A stretch of 64,000 nucleotides of DNA from Phoronis australis (GCA_002633005.1 NMRA01000860.1:53432-117431); one strand, 5' to 3'; shown: positions 1 to 13,565, counted from the first letter of the stretch. Program-made: numbers and translations. The notes: a model not told the origin generated them from the sequence alone.

Positions 1-1986
1 GAAAATATTATACATTCGGTATATTGGTTTTAGAGATGGTACGAAAGTATGAAAGGACAACAGAAAGGGAAAAGTATGGAGAGGAAATGTTACAAGCAGC
101 GCTAAAGGCATTAGTTGAAGGAGTCCCTCTGTTCAGGGCTGGCAAAGAGTTCGGAGTTCCGGCCCTAACCCTCCGGCGTCACCGGGACAGTCACGTGGAT
201 GAACCGGGCACATTAAAGTTTGGAAGATTCAACCCAGATTTCCCTGTTAGGGTCGAAATAAAGCTTAAGACACATGTAGAGGCAATGCGGCGTCGTTTAT
301 TCGGGCTTTGCATGCATGACTTGCGCAGACTTGCTTTCGATGTCGCTGAAACCGCTGGCCTTGATAACCCCTTCAACAGGACCACAAAGTTGGCAGGAAC
401 AGACTGGGAGAAGGCTTTCCTCAGGCGACACGACCTCAGTCGGGCTTGCGGGTTATGGCGTTTTGACCCAAGCGTGTTTAGAGATGAAGACTTCGAAGGG
501 TCCTTCATGATGACCTTGGAGGAAGAACAAGATGCTGCAGTCGCCGGTCATGTTCCAAGTGCTCAGAGCTGCTCGCCTGCTGTGGAAGTGGCAGACTCAC
601 TGACGTCGAACGCCGTCGAAATACCGCCGACGGTTAGAGAAATACAAACGTCGGGGGATGGACGCTGTCTTTTCCGCAGTTTAGTAATCTCTATGGATAT
701 GGATCTCCAAGACGCTGAGAGAGAGCAGCATGGACGACCGTTAGATCCTCTCATGGATTTATATGAGACCACCCAAGCTGATGGCCTGAGAGGGAAAGTG
801 ATCACTTACATGTGCCAGAACATCGGTGAATACGACGGGTTGGATACGGAGGTAATCAATGGGAACCTACCGAGGGAACTGCGATACAACTCGATAAAAG
901 AACGCATAGCTGCCATGACTGACCTGACGTGCGTGGCAGGAGAACTTGAGAATGCGACATTAAGCAAAGTGATTGAAAACACTATCATCGTGCTAAATTT
1001 TTACAACGCTATTATCGCACAATACGGAATCGGAACGCTTGAGAAGGAGCCCCTCATTGTACGATTTACAAGGATTGGTGACGATGTACTTGGTCACTAT
1101 ACAAGTGTTCTGCAGGACAAGACAGTTCTAGAGTAAGAGGAAATCGAAGCCATCATAAGACAACTGTCGCCATTGCCGAGGTCATCTCGGCACTCGACAT
1201 CGAGGGCAGAAACAGCGGCTGTCATCACTGCATCACCCTACAAGAGAAAGTTAGAGGAAAAAATGGCGAAAAAGACATCACAGTCAGCGAAGAAAAAAGC
1301 ACAGAAAAAAACCCGCAAATGTAAAGCCCAAGAGTTTGACGAGATGTGTCTGGTGTGTGGAGAGTCATACAGTTGTTCAAGACCTCGGTAAGTGTGGCTG
1401 CAGTGCCAGAAGTGTCACAACTGGGCACACGAGGCCTACACACCTGGTTTGCCCATCTTCGTGTGTATCACCTGCGAATAATTGTAACGACTGTTACTGT
1501 GCTACGATAAATTTAAGGTCGTTGTTGTGGTTTGTTGAATAAAGTAATGCGCATTTCTTATGATGTGCGTTTTTCTATAAATACACCAGCTTGTTAGCAT
1601 GCAGTACTTGACGATTGACATTTTAGTGAACATAACACAACTTAACCACACATAAATTGATATTTTAAAACTTTTATAGAGTGTTTATTTAACTGTGCAT
1701 ACTTTGGGTACTGTGTCAATCAGACATGGGGCATAACGTCCATGACAGGCCTCTTGCCTCCTGTGAAAAGGCGTTTTGCCCCGGGCATGGGGCAAAAAGG
1801 CCAAATTTAATTTTTTAGTTTTTGATCTGTGATTTTTTTACGGTTAAGAATGCCAGCGTATGTTCGAAATATAATGTAGAGCCATCTAAACCAAATCAAA
1901 GGCAGTTATTTCGAAGTATTTCTGAAACCTATTGAAGACGAAAAACAGGTTTTTGATTAATAGGGGCGTTTTGCCCCATGTTACTC
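1..1986 (+). mobile_element. pogo/Tigger-like (Tc1-mariner superfamily) DNA transposon, internally deleted; left end outside the window
   Basis: Transposase-like ORF (next feature), AATAAA at about 1538, subterminal GGGGCAAAACGCC-like repeats at about 1725-1800, and a right terminus GGGGCGTTTTGCCCCATGTTACTC (1963-1986) followed by TA. Confidence 0.75.
36..1481 (+). pseudogene. Defective pogo-family transposase: HTH_psq - CENP-B HTH - (DDE deleted) - OTU cysteine protease - basic SPLP/TSSPYK segment - PHD finger
   Basis: MVRKYERTT..YGEEMLQAALKAL..AGKEFGVPALTLRR (psq HTH); LRRLAFDVAE..PF..AGTDWEKAFLRRH (CENP-B HTH); GLWRFDPSVFRDEDF (DDE_1 tail); SGDGRCLFRS..GELE..GHY (OTU). The same frame continues past TAA 1134-1136 into LSPLPR..ITASPYKRKLEEK and CLVC..*VWLQCQKCHNWAH..FVCITC (PHD; second stop at 1389-1391). 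Confidence 0.8.
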
Positions 1987-2189
1987 TACTCTTTTGCAGG
2001 TTATTGTGAAATTTTACAGTGTTATATAAATGTGGCAACAACTGTCTACGACGTCTGGACGACATCTCTGACTACTGTTGCGCCCCTAAGTGGCCACTTT
2101 AGTTTTTACGTCTGTCTGTTTCTTTTGGGTTCCTTGAAGGATTTTCCTGATATTTGACTAACAAGTTTCTGTTATGAAGGCGACAGCAC

Positions 2190-2574
2190 TGTGCAGGTCC
2201 AAATTGTCACATCGTACCAAATTGCCACAGCTTCAAAACTCTGACCCTTTGGGCCAGGGCTGCAGACCCTAATTGTCTAAACAATTTTGTGTTTCTGTGT
2301 CAGTTTGGGCCTGCACCATAGTACAGGCTCCAATTGTCACAATAACGCAAAATGTGTCACAACATTATACTTGCAATAAAAATTAAATGATCCGGCAAAA
2401 AGGTACCCTTTACTAATCACAGAATGAAAACACTGTCTGTTGTTTTAAAACTAATTTCTACGAAGGGGTTCACAGGTGTACCTGGGGCAGTCGCCAGATT
2501 CAAGCGTGTGTCCAAATTGTCCCAAGTTTGAAGTTGCGACAATTTGTAACGGTGCCACAACTTGGGCCTGCACA
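2190..2574. mobile_element. MITE with ~40-bp imperfect TIRs (TGTGCAGG...CCTGCACA) and a 6-bp direct repeat CAGCAC
   Basis: tgtgcaggtccaaattgtcacatcgtaccaaattgccaca (2190-2229) matches the reverse complement of 2535-2574; CAGCAC at 2184-2189 and 2575-2580; internal CAAATTGTCACA repeats. Confidence 0.65.
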
Positions 2575-5106
2575 CAGCACCTTTACATTTTTGGAGAAAA
2601 TCGACGTATTGTATGTCTCTAGATGGTTATTTTTACTATGCTTGAGCCGTCTGCCTTTGCATTCCCCAACCCGCTCCGAGGAACAATACAACAATTGGCA
2701 GGTGTATACCTACTGACAAGAGTACGACTGACGGGCATTTCAGATGGGTACAACTACTGTGATGCCCCCTGGTGACAATGCTGGTATCTGCAGCTGTATC
2801 TTCTAAATTCCATTGCTTGCAAGATCATTTGCAAGATCGGCAAGTGTATTCCTATTAACTTTCCAACAAATAGATGTGTTAGACTACCGCTTCACCTCCT
2901 ACTAATTCCAATTTGTTTTTAAGTTCGTCTCAGTACTCTTTGGATTTCTGTCACTGATTTTCATGAAATTAAGCATATAGCCTTCTCTTCGCGAGACGCC
3001 GGTTTGACGTATTCTGCGCAATCTATTGGCCATTTTATGATACAAACAAACACTCCTAGAAGCACACCGTGTGCGGTGCAGTAGTGGGCTCATTCGCTCC
3101 CCGTTGCTCTTGGTACTAAAATAAAAACGGCGATCATTTGTCAAAATAGGTGCGTTAGGTTTCGATTCTCTGGTACCGGATGATGAATGATTATAGTCTT
3201 TGAACCGTGGTAGACAATGGTCCTGCAAGTCTTTCTAGTTCGCGAGACCAGGTCTCAAAAATGAGTCGGAGTATAGGCCAGAAACAACTATGCTTTTTTG
3301 ATCCCCGCGAGAAATAGTAGTCAAACGACTGTTCCCCATCGATGAACCTCAGTTGTTAAAACCACTGTTACCTACATGTATGCTATGGTCTTAAACACAC
3401 ATTTTTCAGAGGCGTATTTGCCCTTCGAACATAACGTCTGATAGCGTTCTTATCCATTAGATGAATTGAAATAGGACGGTCCCGGATTACACAGCGACAC
3501 TTGAACTACATGCATGTACTGTCACCTCCGTGAAGCAGTTCTCTAGCCTCATTTTCGCGTCATACGACTTTCTCATGTTATTTGTGGGGCTTGCTTTTTT
3601 CAAAGTTTTCTCGACTGTATTAACTGTCTTCCACCTTCCAATGACATTGCAGTTACGGCTGTGCTGTGGGCTACAACTCCGGCACCAAAATTTTGGATAC
3701 TGTTATATACATAACTCTTGTAATAAAAAGGAGCTACAACATGGTTCCATGAATGTCTAGTCTACATATATTATTTGTCCTTTAGTGAAGTGCATTTGAG
3801 AAGTATCCCTGGATGCGATATTTTCCGACATGATTCCTTGGATCAGCCCGACATGTCAAATGAGGCCAATGAGGCAACGCGTTTTCTTACCTCCAGGACA
3901 AAGGTTTCTTTCCGAGACCCTCCTATTGGTCACACTAACAATAAATATAAATCCCTGGTATTACCCTGGTGGCCACGCATGTTGTCTTACTGTCTGAAAC
4001 TAACCCGCCGTGACAAGCAACTTTATGGGCGTGGCGTACAATAATAACGACTCAAGCTTCGAAATCATTGCTAATTTAAGCATAGGATAATTATTGGAGA
4101 CTGATTTTATTACAGCAATTAGTCGAAATCAAAACTTAGCTTTTTACAGAAGGCGCGGCTTTATTGCGCCAATTAATGACGCTGGCTACTCAATCATAGC
4201 TTATTACTTACATAACAATATTTTATTTGTACTCGGTGCTTATGATGCAAAACATGCAATAATTCTTGCTTTTGATAGGCAAGACATTGTACATGTACAC
4301 TAATATCAAATAATCATATTCAGGTTGATATCTGCATTCATACTTCTTAATGCTTCTTAAACTATCGTATTACAATTTGTTTTTCTTTTAGGTAATTTGT
4401 TGGCTAAACTCTGTTCATTGTAATTTGTTTTCGTAATAAACATTTTTAAAACAGTTAAATATAATTGTAAGTGGTATTAGGTTTCGTGACAATCAAACTT
4501 TATTCGCGATTCGACTCCGGAAATTGGCAAAATTGTTCTAAGCATGGCACGCTATTAATCAGTTTTCGAGTCCAGTAAAGCTTGGTGGCCCATGACCCAG
4601 AGCTTGTATATCGCGTATATTATAGTGACAACGCTAGAGCAGAAAAGTAATTCCGAATGTACAAACACGGCAATTTACGTAAACCTATGTGCCGACTCTT
4701 TGTCTATACTTGTCGTCTTCTATACCACATAAGTTGCCGAGCGTCATATGTCATTTTTTTAGTAAAATTTAAGGTTCCTCAGCGAATTTGTGAAAAATCT
4801 ACGAAAGGTTAACTTTAAAATTATTATGTCACTCAAACAGTTGAAATCTGTCAAAAAGCAATTTAAGAGGGTCGATTATCCATTAAGAGTGAGTTAAACC
4901 TAGATATTTTGACAATTTCATCCAACCTTTATCCTGTCACCTCATATTGTACAACAAGTTCTATCCCGAACAGATCAAAGTTGCATTACCTCAATAAGAT
5001 CTCACATTTTCTCCAAATTTTCGAGACTGTTGAAATAGACCTAATTCACGCCGACAGGAGGCGCTTTCCAAAACGAGGCTCGCTACGATAGCTGTCTGTT
5101 GGCTTA

Positions 5107-5767
5107 GGTGGCACAGAATAGTTAGGCTGTGGCCGCGGCCAATTTGCACTGCCAAAATGTTAAAATCTAGGGATAGGCCAGGCTTGGGGGCATTTTTTAG
5201 TTAGGTATTGTGTTTAGGTCAAGTGAATGTGGTTTTTTTGTATTTGTGAACATGCTGGGAATGAAAAAAGGCCAGTTTTTCGACTGTAGCTGCACTCTTC
5301 TTCAAGATGGTGGCACCCTGTTGCAGTTGTGCATTGCTGTGTAGCAACTGAGAAATTGGCCGCGATTTCAGGGAGCCCTCAAACAAGCCAGATTTGAAAA
5401 AAAACTAATTGGTTGACAGTACTTTTGGATCACATTTTTGGAATCGGTAGGAAATTTGCTTTCGGAATCTAATATTGGCTTTAGTCGAGCATCGGCGGGA
5501 AAGTGGTGATTTTGGGGTAAAAAGTGTCGATTTTGCATTTTTTTGCCCTCATTTTCCTTAGTTCAGCTTGGTTTCCACTGGGAGTGAAAGAGTCAAATAT
5601 GCAAGAGAGAATAAAGTTTCTGTGCTCATTTGTAGGGCTTCTGATGTGAAATGACCCAAAACGTTTCCTTATTTGCATGTAGTTTTTGACAAAGTGAAGA
5701 AAGGGTGAAGAGTGCATTGACGTGTGTTCTGACAGGCGAACCCCTGTGAGAACTGTTCTGTGCCTCC
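5107..5767. mobile_element. PIF/Harbinger-type MITE
   Basis: TIR GGTGGCACAGAATAGTT...AACTGTTCTGTGCCTCC, TTA duplication at 5104-5106 and 5768-5770; absent from copy B (empty site at about 15180). Confidence 0.75.
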
Positions 5768-7466
5768 TTATCGGCAAACGGTTGTATTCCGCGTTGCACG
5801 AACGGCTAGAAAAAATATGGACATTCAACTGTCCGTTTTGCAATCCCTAAGGACGCTGAGAATCAGAGATTTGGAAGCGTTGGGTCGTTGCCATACGCCG
5901 CGACGAAGGAAAATATGTTCGTGTAAAATTTATAAATGTTTTCGAAAAGTTAGATCACATTTTGTCACATCTCGGTTGTCGAGCATCATGGTAACAGCCG
6001 GAGAATCTTCGGCTAGCCAGGTTGTGTTTTCATGACTACGGGTGAAACATGATGTATTTTTCTTTCCAAAAGTGACAGGGCCCTCAATCCCTAGCTTTTG
6101 GGGCCGAATATCGGCCCTATTCCACTCTCAAAAATTTTGAAAAATCACGCTAAATTCCCCCCTCGAAGCCTAAAAACTCCCCCAGTGGTTGAAAATTTCT
6201 CTTCGAAGTTCAAATCACCTAACCACACAGGTGACAATTTGAAAGAGCACAAAATGCTACTTGAGACAGAGCCTATGAGAACTTGCAACAAAGCGGGGTG
6301 CTATTGATGGTGATCGGGATGTAGATTTTTCCCCTCACTCGGCGACAAAATCCCCTCTCAGAAGGCAAAGGCACCTTTCCCCAGTATTGGATGAACGAAG
6401 CCCCTGAAGAAACATAATAACTGTGCTTGCTCTGTCCAAGTAACTGAAATTGAGCTCTAAAACGAGGTTATGCTTTGGACGAACGAATTAGGCTTTTAAT
6501 TTTAAAATTCAACTTGATCCAGATTGATATTTGAAACCTAACACATGAAATAGAAGTAAGAAATATTAAAACCAAGAAAGCAGAATTGATTATCAAACAA
6601 TTTTTATTTTCAATTACGAGCCTGGTTATTTATTTTAATAAAAAATATATTTGATAACATCAATTACTTTTTCAGATCAGTGACAAATCAACTGTTAGTC
6701 CCGGTAGTCCCTACCTCACCAGGACCTAGGCTATTCTTGATCAACAAATTAAACCAGATGTGACTAATTGCACATCACAGCAAACTGTGATGAGCCACCA
6801 CTGTCGAATATATCTTCAACTCGTCAACAAAACAAGCAAATGACCTGGTTCGTGTAGAAAGCATTATCAACAATTTACAAGAAGAAAAGTAACCCTGCAT
6901 TCACCATAATACCTAATCCGTAACAATACGATCGCCGCAATTTGGACATATTTACTTTTTATGTTTCGAACCTAGTTTTCCAAAAAAAAACTTGTACCCT
7001 TTCGTCAGACAACTCGTTAGTGCATTGACCTGTTCTCTAATGAATTTTTCTACGTCTCTATGGTTAATTATCGACACGTTTTTAACATTTGATATCCAGG
7101 TTGGACTCGAAAGACCACCCATTTAACTCATGCAATGCCAACTTCCGCTTTGTTTATCGCAGTGAGCCTGGCCTTGGATTGTAATGTCAGCAGCGTGAAT
7201 TGGGAGCGGGACAATGTCAACGAGCCAATCCAGGTGGAAGTGAAGTATGTCACGCGCATGCGTTGTGTCAATAGGGATTCCCTGTCTTTACTTCCTCTCG
7301 AAGTGTTATTGTTTCAGCAGAGAATTTCTCGAATTCAAAGACTGTGACAGCGGCATTGGACGAATTTCGACATGGTACGCGTGCTTAATTTGTTATATGT
7401 TAGGCTAAGTATGATCTTAAGAGAAACCACTGCTGTTTTGACGGAGAAACTTCGCAAATGGCGGGT

Positions 7467-7745
7467 AAATGTCAACCAGCGGAGTCAGGTAGAACCTACC
7501 ATATGTATTTTTGTGATGATACCTGGATCAGCTAGTTGACATTTGCAAAATGTCAACCAGCGGAGTCAGGTAGAACCTAGCTTTTGTATTTTTGTGATGA
7601 TACCTGGATCAGCTAGTTGACATTTGCAAAATGTCAACCAGCGGAGTCAGGTAGGACCTAGCTTTTGTATTTTTGTGATGATACCTGGATCAGCTAGTTG
7701 ACATTTTGCAAAATGTCAACCAGCGGACTCAGGTAGAACTAGTTG
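7467..7745. repeat. 81-bp tandem repeat (~3.4 copies) inside the MULE left end
   Basis: AAATGTCAACCAGCGGAGTCAGGTAG...CTAGTTGACATTTGCA units begin at 7467, 7548, 7629 and 7711. Confidence 0.9.
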
Positions 7746-9049
7746 TCTGGTAATTCAGAAGTGTTTTTCAAAAATTTCAGGTCATTTGCATGGAGTTTTT
7801 TGATGGCGTTGCGCTACCTGATAGATGACACAAGCTCAAATGAAAGATGAAGTGAACAATACAGGTAACTATATGAAAATTTTGAATTGCCATGTGTAAG
7901 TTGTTCACAGGTGCACAATTAATTGGCGACATATGTAACTGTGCAATTTTAGGGCAATTCCTAATTTAAAAAAACAATTAAGTTTCATTGTCATTCTAGT
8001 GATCATTTTTAAACATTACACATTTCATCTTTAGGATGGCCATATTTACTCACTAGTTATGATATTGTTTCATATCTTTCAAGATATTCAATTTGTTTAA
8101 AAGTTAACATCATAAAAAGTGTAAATTCCCAGTATAGACGTCTCTGTGATGATGATCTTGTGCAAAAGGCCAAATCGATGTATTTTGATTAAAAAACAAT
8201 AGATGTTGCATTGCTCTAATTTTAATTTTGAGTCAATTGCAAAGTACCAATTACAGCTTAATTATTCTGAATTGATATCTTTGCCATAAGAAACAGTTAA
8301 ATCTTAGAAATTCAGAGCGTATGTCCATGACTCACTCAACATCTAATTGGCTAACAAAAATATCTTAGAAGTTATCGTCAAAGTGCAATTCACCCATAAT
8401 TAATGTTGATGTATGCATTGAAAGTGTGAGACCCAACAAATTATTTTCCTAGGAAGAAAATATTTTTCACAAAGTTGATCAAAATATTCAAAATATTCTC
8501 TAATTATAAACCCACTGTCCATCAAAATGGAATTGACTGAGTCACAGCTACTAGTATGTGACTTGCATTCAATTTGTTCCTTTTGTATGCAACGCTTTCT
8601 TTACTCCATGTTACTTCTTGCAGTCTTCTTGTCACAATGTACCCACTTGTAGCTCAGTGGAAACTGATTCTGCGTTCTGGAACATAACACACATGGACGG
8701 CGCACCATAGGGGGCTGGGGGAGCTATAGCCCCCACTTTTTTCAGTGCTCCGGTGCCCATGGTCTATTTGCGGTGTACCACAGGCTGGGGGGCTGCGCTG
8801 CCCATGACACATATGACAGTTTGTCTTTGATTCTGCAAACATTGACCATCATGATCTTAAATGGTTGTCTTTTATATTTTGAAACTAATGTTTTATTTTG
8901 TGATATTATTTTAAGGATGAGTCCTCATGCAGCGGACAAGATTACATAATAATAACATTATTTTGCTTTCTCATCAGATCACTGTCAAGCTTCAGCAGAG
9001 TTTATTCATGAAGACCATGGGCATTTTCAGTGTTGTTGCCTTACTCGAA

Positions 9050-10130
9050 GAGAAGTAAGCAGGAAGAATTTCGTCCTGATGTGCCACCACTCCGTTAATG
9101 TAGGATACCCAGCCGTACCAGGCCTCTTCCCTGTGAAAGTCACAAAGACAGATCTCTGCACACACATAGAGAAAGTTAACAAGTATGTAGTTCAAGGGAC
9201 TTTACAACCCATGTTTGGTGTTACAAATGAATTTTTTGTTCATCGAATTTTTGCTGTGAAATTAGTCTTTCACCTTACTAGAGCTTTAGAAAGGATTTCT
9301 GAGACAGTAAACGAGAGTGGTCTTTGAAATTGTAGTAAGACTTGTTGCAGATACGAATGTTAAATCTGTGCTCTCTAACAAACATGCATGTATATTTGCT
9401 GGCTGTAACAAGTGACATGCTTGAAAAAAGAACAGAAAAATTAAAATTGGGACCACCCCCACCAATGCCTAGTTAGGTTTTTTGGTCATTTTTAAGAGTA
9501 TAAATTAAGAAATACGAGTGCAAATTTTCAAATATAAGTCAGATTTTAAAGGGAACTGTTTCTCCTGTGTGGTGCGCTGGATTGTCATTTCATCAGAAAA
9601 GCAACATGTAGGGTTTCTAGTAACAACAAAGTTTCAGATCTCCCAAGCTTAGTAGTTTTAACTACTAAGAATTAAAATTCTGACATTGTGAAGAAGAAGC
9701 AGCAAGTGGTTTAATTTTCAGTTTGTACCTTTGAACCTAATGGGGTTTATGCAATGCCTAAGATTGGCAGTGAAATCTATACATCGTATACAGAAAACAG
9801 CAGTGTGTTGTGACCAAGCTGTTTAACGGAAAATGTTGAATGCTATAAGCATTAAATTGAGGACCTTACAAAACATTTACCAGTTCAGCAATGTCATTAC
9901 TACTGTGTAAAGTAAGTAAGTACCTGAAAACACATTTACAGAGTTTTAATTGTTGGAGTTTCAATTTCAGATGCATCAACCACAAAACATCTGGGATTCC
10001 ATTCTTTATTGTGCTGTCTCAGGACCGATAGAGCCTTCTGCAAGGATGCCATGTTTTCACTTCATATCCAGCATTTGTCGTGACACATACTAAAAACAGA
10101 GGATGGGCATACAAAGTAGTCTGGTGTCTA
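9050..10130 (-). pseudogene. MULE transposase remnants (probably spliced; frameshifted)
   Basis: Minus strand about 10125-9955 reads TTLYAHPLFLVCVTTNAGYEV / ENMASLQKALSVLRQHNKEWNPRCFVVDASEIE; about 9155-9060 reads ICLCDFHREEAWYGW. These match the MULE core motifs YxLPLF..TN.GY, W.P..F..D and CxFH. Confidence 0.8.
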
Positions 10131-13100
10131 TAATAGAATTATTGAAATGTAGTAGGGCGTAAAATTCGTAAGTCTTAATTATTGATGACATTTGCCATAT
10201 GGTGTGCTTAAAGGTTATGTAGTACTTAATTGACAAGTCTGTACATTAAGTCAACCATTTAGGAAACTGTAGAATTTTACTTCGTGTTGTATAACATTAT
10301 GTTCAAGATGAATCTCAAAAATGCTGAACAGTTTGCTAAATTACCGTCTCATTTTTGTTTTATGCAATCATGTAAAAAATTCATGAAATTTATGCAATTC
10401 CTACTTTCTGGTTGGCCCTCACGCCAATGTGGAACATTTTAAAAAAACATTTCTAACGGCATGTTGGGAATTAGTTTATAACATATATTCTGTGAAATTT
10501 TCACGTGAATCCAATCAGCATCTTGTAAGATGTCCCAAAGATGGACAAAATTGGACATTTTGATAGGGTCCTACCTAACCAAAATGCTTTATGATTATTA
10601 CGTATTAAGCATCATTAACATTACCTCTGACAATTATGTCTTGCAGTGCTTGATTTAGTGAACTACAGATTGTGTTTGATCACCTTGTAAAAATCCCAAG
10701 TCGCCATGAAGTCACCACTGCGAGTATCAAAGTCAGACAATAATTCCCTCGAAATTTGTTTCAAAGTTTGTGTTGACTCCCAAATTTTAAGTTACAAAAA
10801 GTTTTCTTAGATTTGATACCTTTGTTTACAATTGTTTTGTTTATTTCATGAAATCGGTGCATTTGCCACCACAGCAGTTAGCACTTGTCAAACTTGCATT
10901 AAAATTACATCAGGAAGTACACAGGTGGAAGTTGGCGATAATCATGCATAATGAGTGAAACTAGCGCCTACAGTGTATATGATCACCTACATTCTGGGTA
11001 TGCGACATAAGTTCCCAAGAACAGAGTATAGCATAACCTTTTTAGCCAACTATTCTGATGACAAACATCAGTTTTCGACAACGTCAGATTTCCTTTGGCG
11101 ACCTGGGATTTTCAGCAAGTAGCCAAATGCGACTTGGCTTCAAGCTAAGTGTTGAGCATCGTCTTACAATGCCGTCAATATCCCAAGATTGCTTAAGTGT
11201 GATCATTTTTGCAAACCAAAAAAAATCATGGTTCTTTAATGAGAATATTTTGAAAGTCATGAGCAGTAGGAGACGCTCCTGCAATTGAAATTATTATTAC
11301 CTTGTCCATGACATGAGCTGAATGTTACTCTGATATTGGCAGATCAACAAATATGTATTTTTCAACACATACTTTTTCTTAGTTAGGAAACATCAAGTCG
11401 TTTTGAAGTGCCTCTGGCATGTTTTCTCTGTGATATAATATGCATTGTGGTCGAGATGGTAGTTGGATAAGAGATGACTATGGAAAATGTAGCTAGTGAA
11501 TCTGTTGTACCATTAGCATAACAAGGTATGACATCGAGTTAAAATCAGAAACTTCAGACTAGAGCAAACCAAGTTTGTACTGGCTTAAGTAATCGCTTAA
11601 AAGCACACAATGCATGTTCTTAAAAACATTCGTTTTGGTTTGTGTTTTTAGAGTATGTCTTAGTACTGAATGCTATGAACTTTCACAATTTTGACACGTG
11701 TTTAAACTGCCCTATTGCTGAATGAATGAATTCAGTGTTTGGTCATTGAGGCTAACTTCATTTAATGTACTTAGAAATGTGTTTTGATTTGTTTTGACAT
11801 TACCTAATAAACACTACATAGGACTTTAATTATACTTGGTTGCTATGCTCATCTTGTACCCTCGAAAAGCAACAACTTCTTGCATGCATATTGATTCTTC
11901 ACATCCTCGTTTTTTTCCATCCAGTGACTTGCTTGGTCTGTACATTTTGTCTGTATGCGTGTTCAGTCTGTAATACCTGTAGAATGAGCTCTAGATTTAG
12001 TGATGAGGAAACAAGTAAGAATATCAAACTAATCATGATGCTATTTTACATTTGAATCTCGCTTTAACAACATGATTGTACTTCAGCATCATCACCTACT
12101 TCACTTAAAATGTATTACAAAGTGTCACAAAGACTTGTGTGATCTTGATTTGTTGTGTATACTGAACGTTACTCAGATGTCTTAGGATTCAATACCTTTT
12201 TTGCTTTTGCCTGTTTGAGACTTGATGATACTCCATTACTTTTGAACCCATTAAGCTTATCTGAGAACTGTTTTCTGTTGCCCATCATCTTCAGTTCTGA
12301 CTGTAAAGTTACTGTGATTGTCTGAAAGAGAGGAATATACATTTTACTAACCGTTTAGTTTTTTCACCGAAATGGTAAATTTGCTGTTTTGCATTGTATT
12401 AGGTTATGATTAACTGTCAGGCAAAGTAGAAAATATATCCTACAGCATACAAAATTGATCCATGTGTGTAACCTTTCTTGGGTTCTGACAGCCAGGGTAG
12501 TTTAACTTGGAAACAGGGATATCTTTAATTAACAGTCTTGGACTGGGGCACTTATGCAAACCTGTATGGCTACCATCATGGGGCCACTAGCAACACAAAT
12601 CAGCACAAAACTATCAGTACTTATCAGCCCAAAAAATACACCAGCAATGTAAGAAACCCCAATATAACAAAATAGTGTGCACAGTTTTGGTACCAAAAAA
12701 CAAAATAAAAGTACACCAAAATTAATAGAAGACACAGTTAGACATTATAATCTGTATCTGATCTGGAGAGAAAGTGAAAACAGACTGAGTACTGAGCTAA
12801 GTGGTGGATAGTGTTATTAACTACAAATGTCTAGTTGTGACGAAATCTTTGATATGAGAACTTTAACACTACCAAAGAATAATTGCATGACTCCAACTCA
12901 CCTTCACTGGGTTCGTATAGGCCAAATTTCCAATTGCTCTTTGACAGCTGTGTAGTTGACTGAAATCTCCACTTCAAAATCTTTTACTGGGTTGGATGCT
13001 GCCTCGTAATTTTCTACAAAGCCATGGATATTACCCCCAGTGTTTTTTGAAATACTTCACCCACTCTTTTTCTGTGGAGACACTCCGACAAATGCTCATA

Positions 13101-13565
13101 TTTTCTTTGCTTGCCTGTGCGGTATGTGGGGAGAGCAGAGGGCCCCACTTTTCCAGACCCTCAAAAAATCTGACAATGTTTATAAAAAATATTCAGATCG
13201 TCAAATTTTTTTCTAAGTGGATGTAAATTGAGCTCGACCTAAATGAAAATAAGGTTTTATTCAAATAGTTTCAAAATTCCTTTTTAATATTAAATCTCTG
13301 TGTGAGTCCGTGTGTGTGAGTAAACTCTTTGTGTGAGTAGATAAATTGTATACATGTGAAATTATTTATTTCGAATGAAAATGATTTATTTATATTCATT
13401 ACCATTTCATTGTAATCCTAACATTTTATTCATGTATTTGTGTATAATTTTTATATTTCTTTATATATGCCTGTTGGCACTTTCTGTGACAATTTCACAA
13501 TAAACATTAAAAAATTCTTTTACTGCAGTTTCATCTCCACAATCCATTGCACAAACAAGTCTTAA

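Noticed and set aside
2187-2193. CACTGTG heptamer suggesting a Transib/ProtoRAG end
   Set aside because: It is formed by the TSD-TIR junction; there is no matching heptamer at the other end, no nonamer and no 5-bp TSD.
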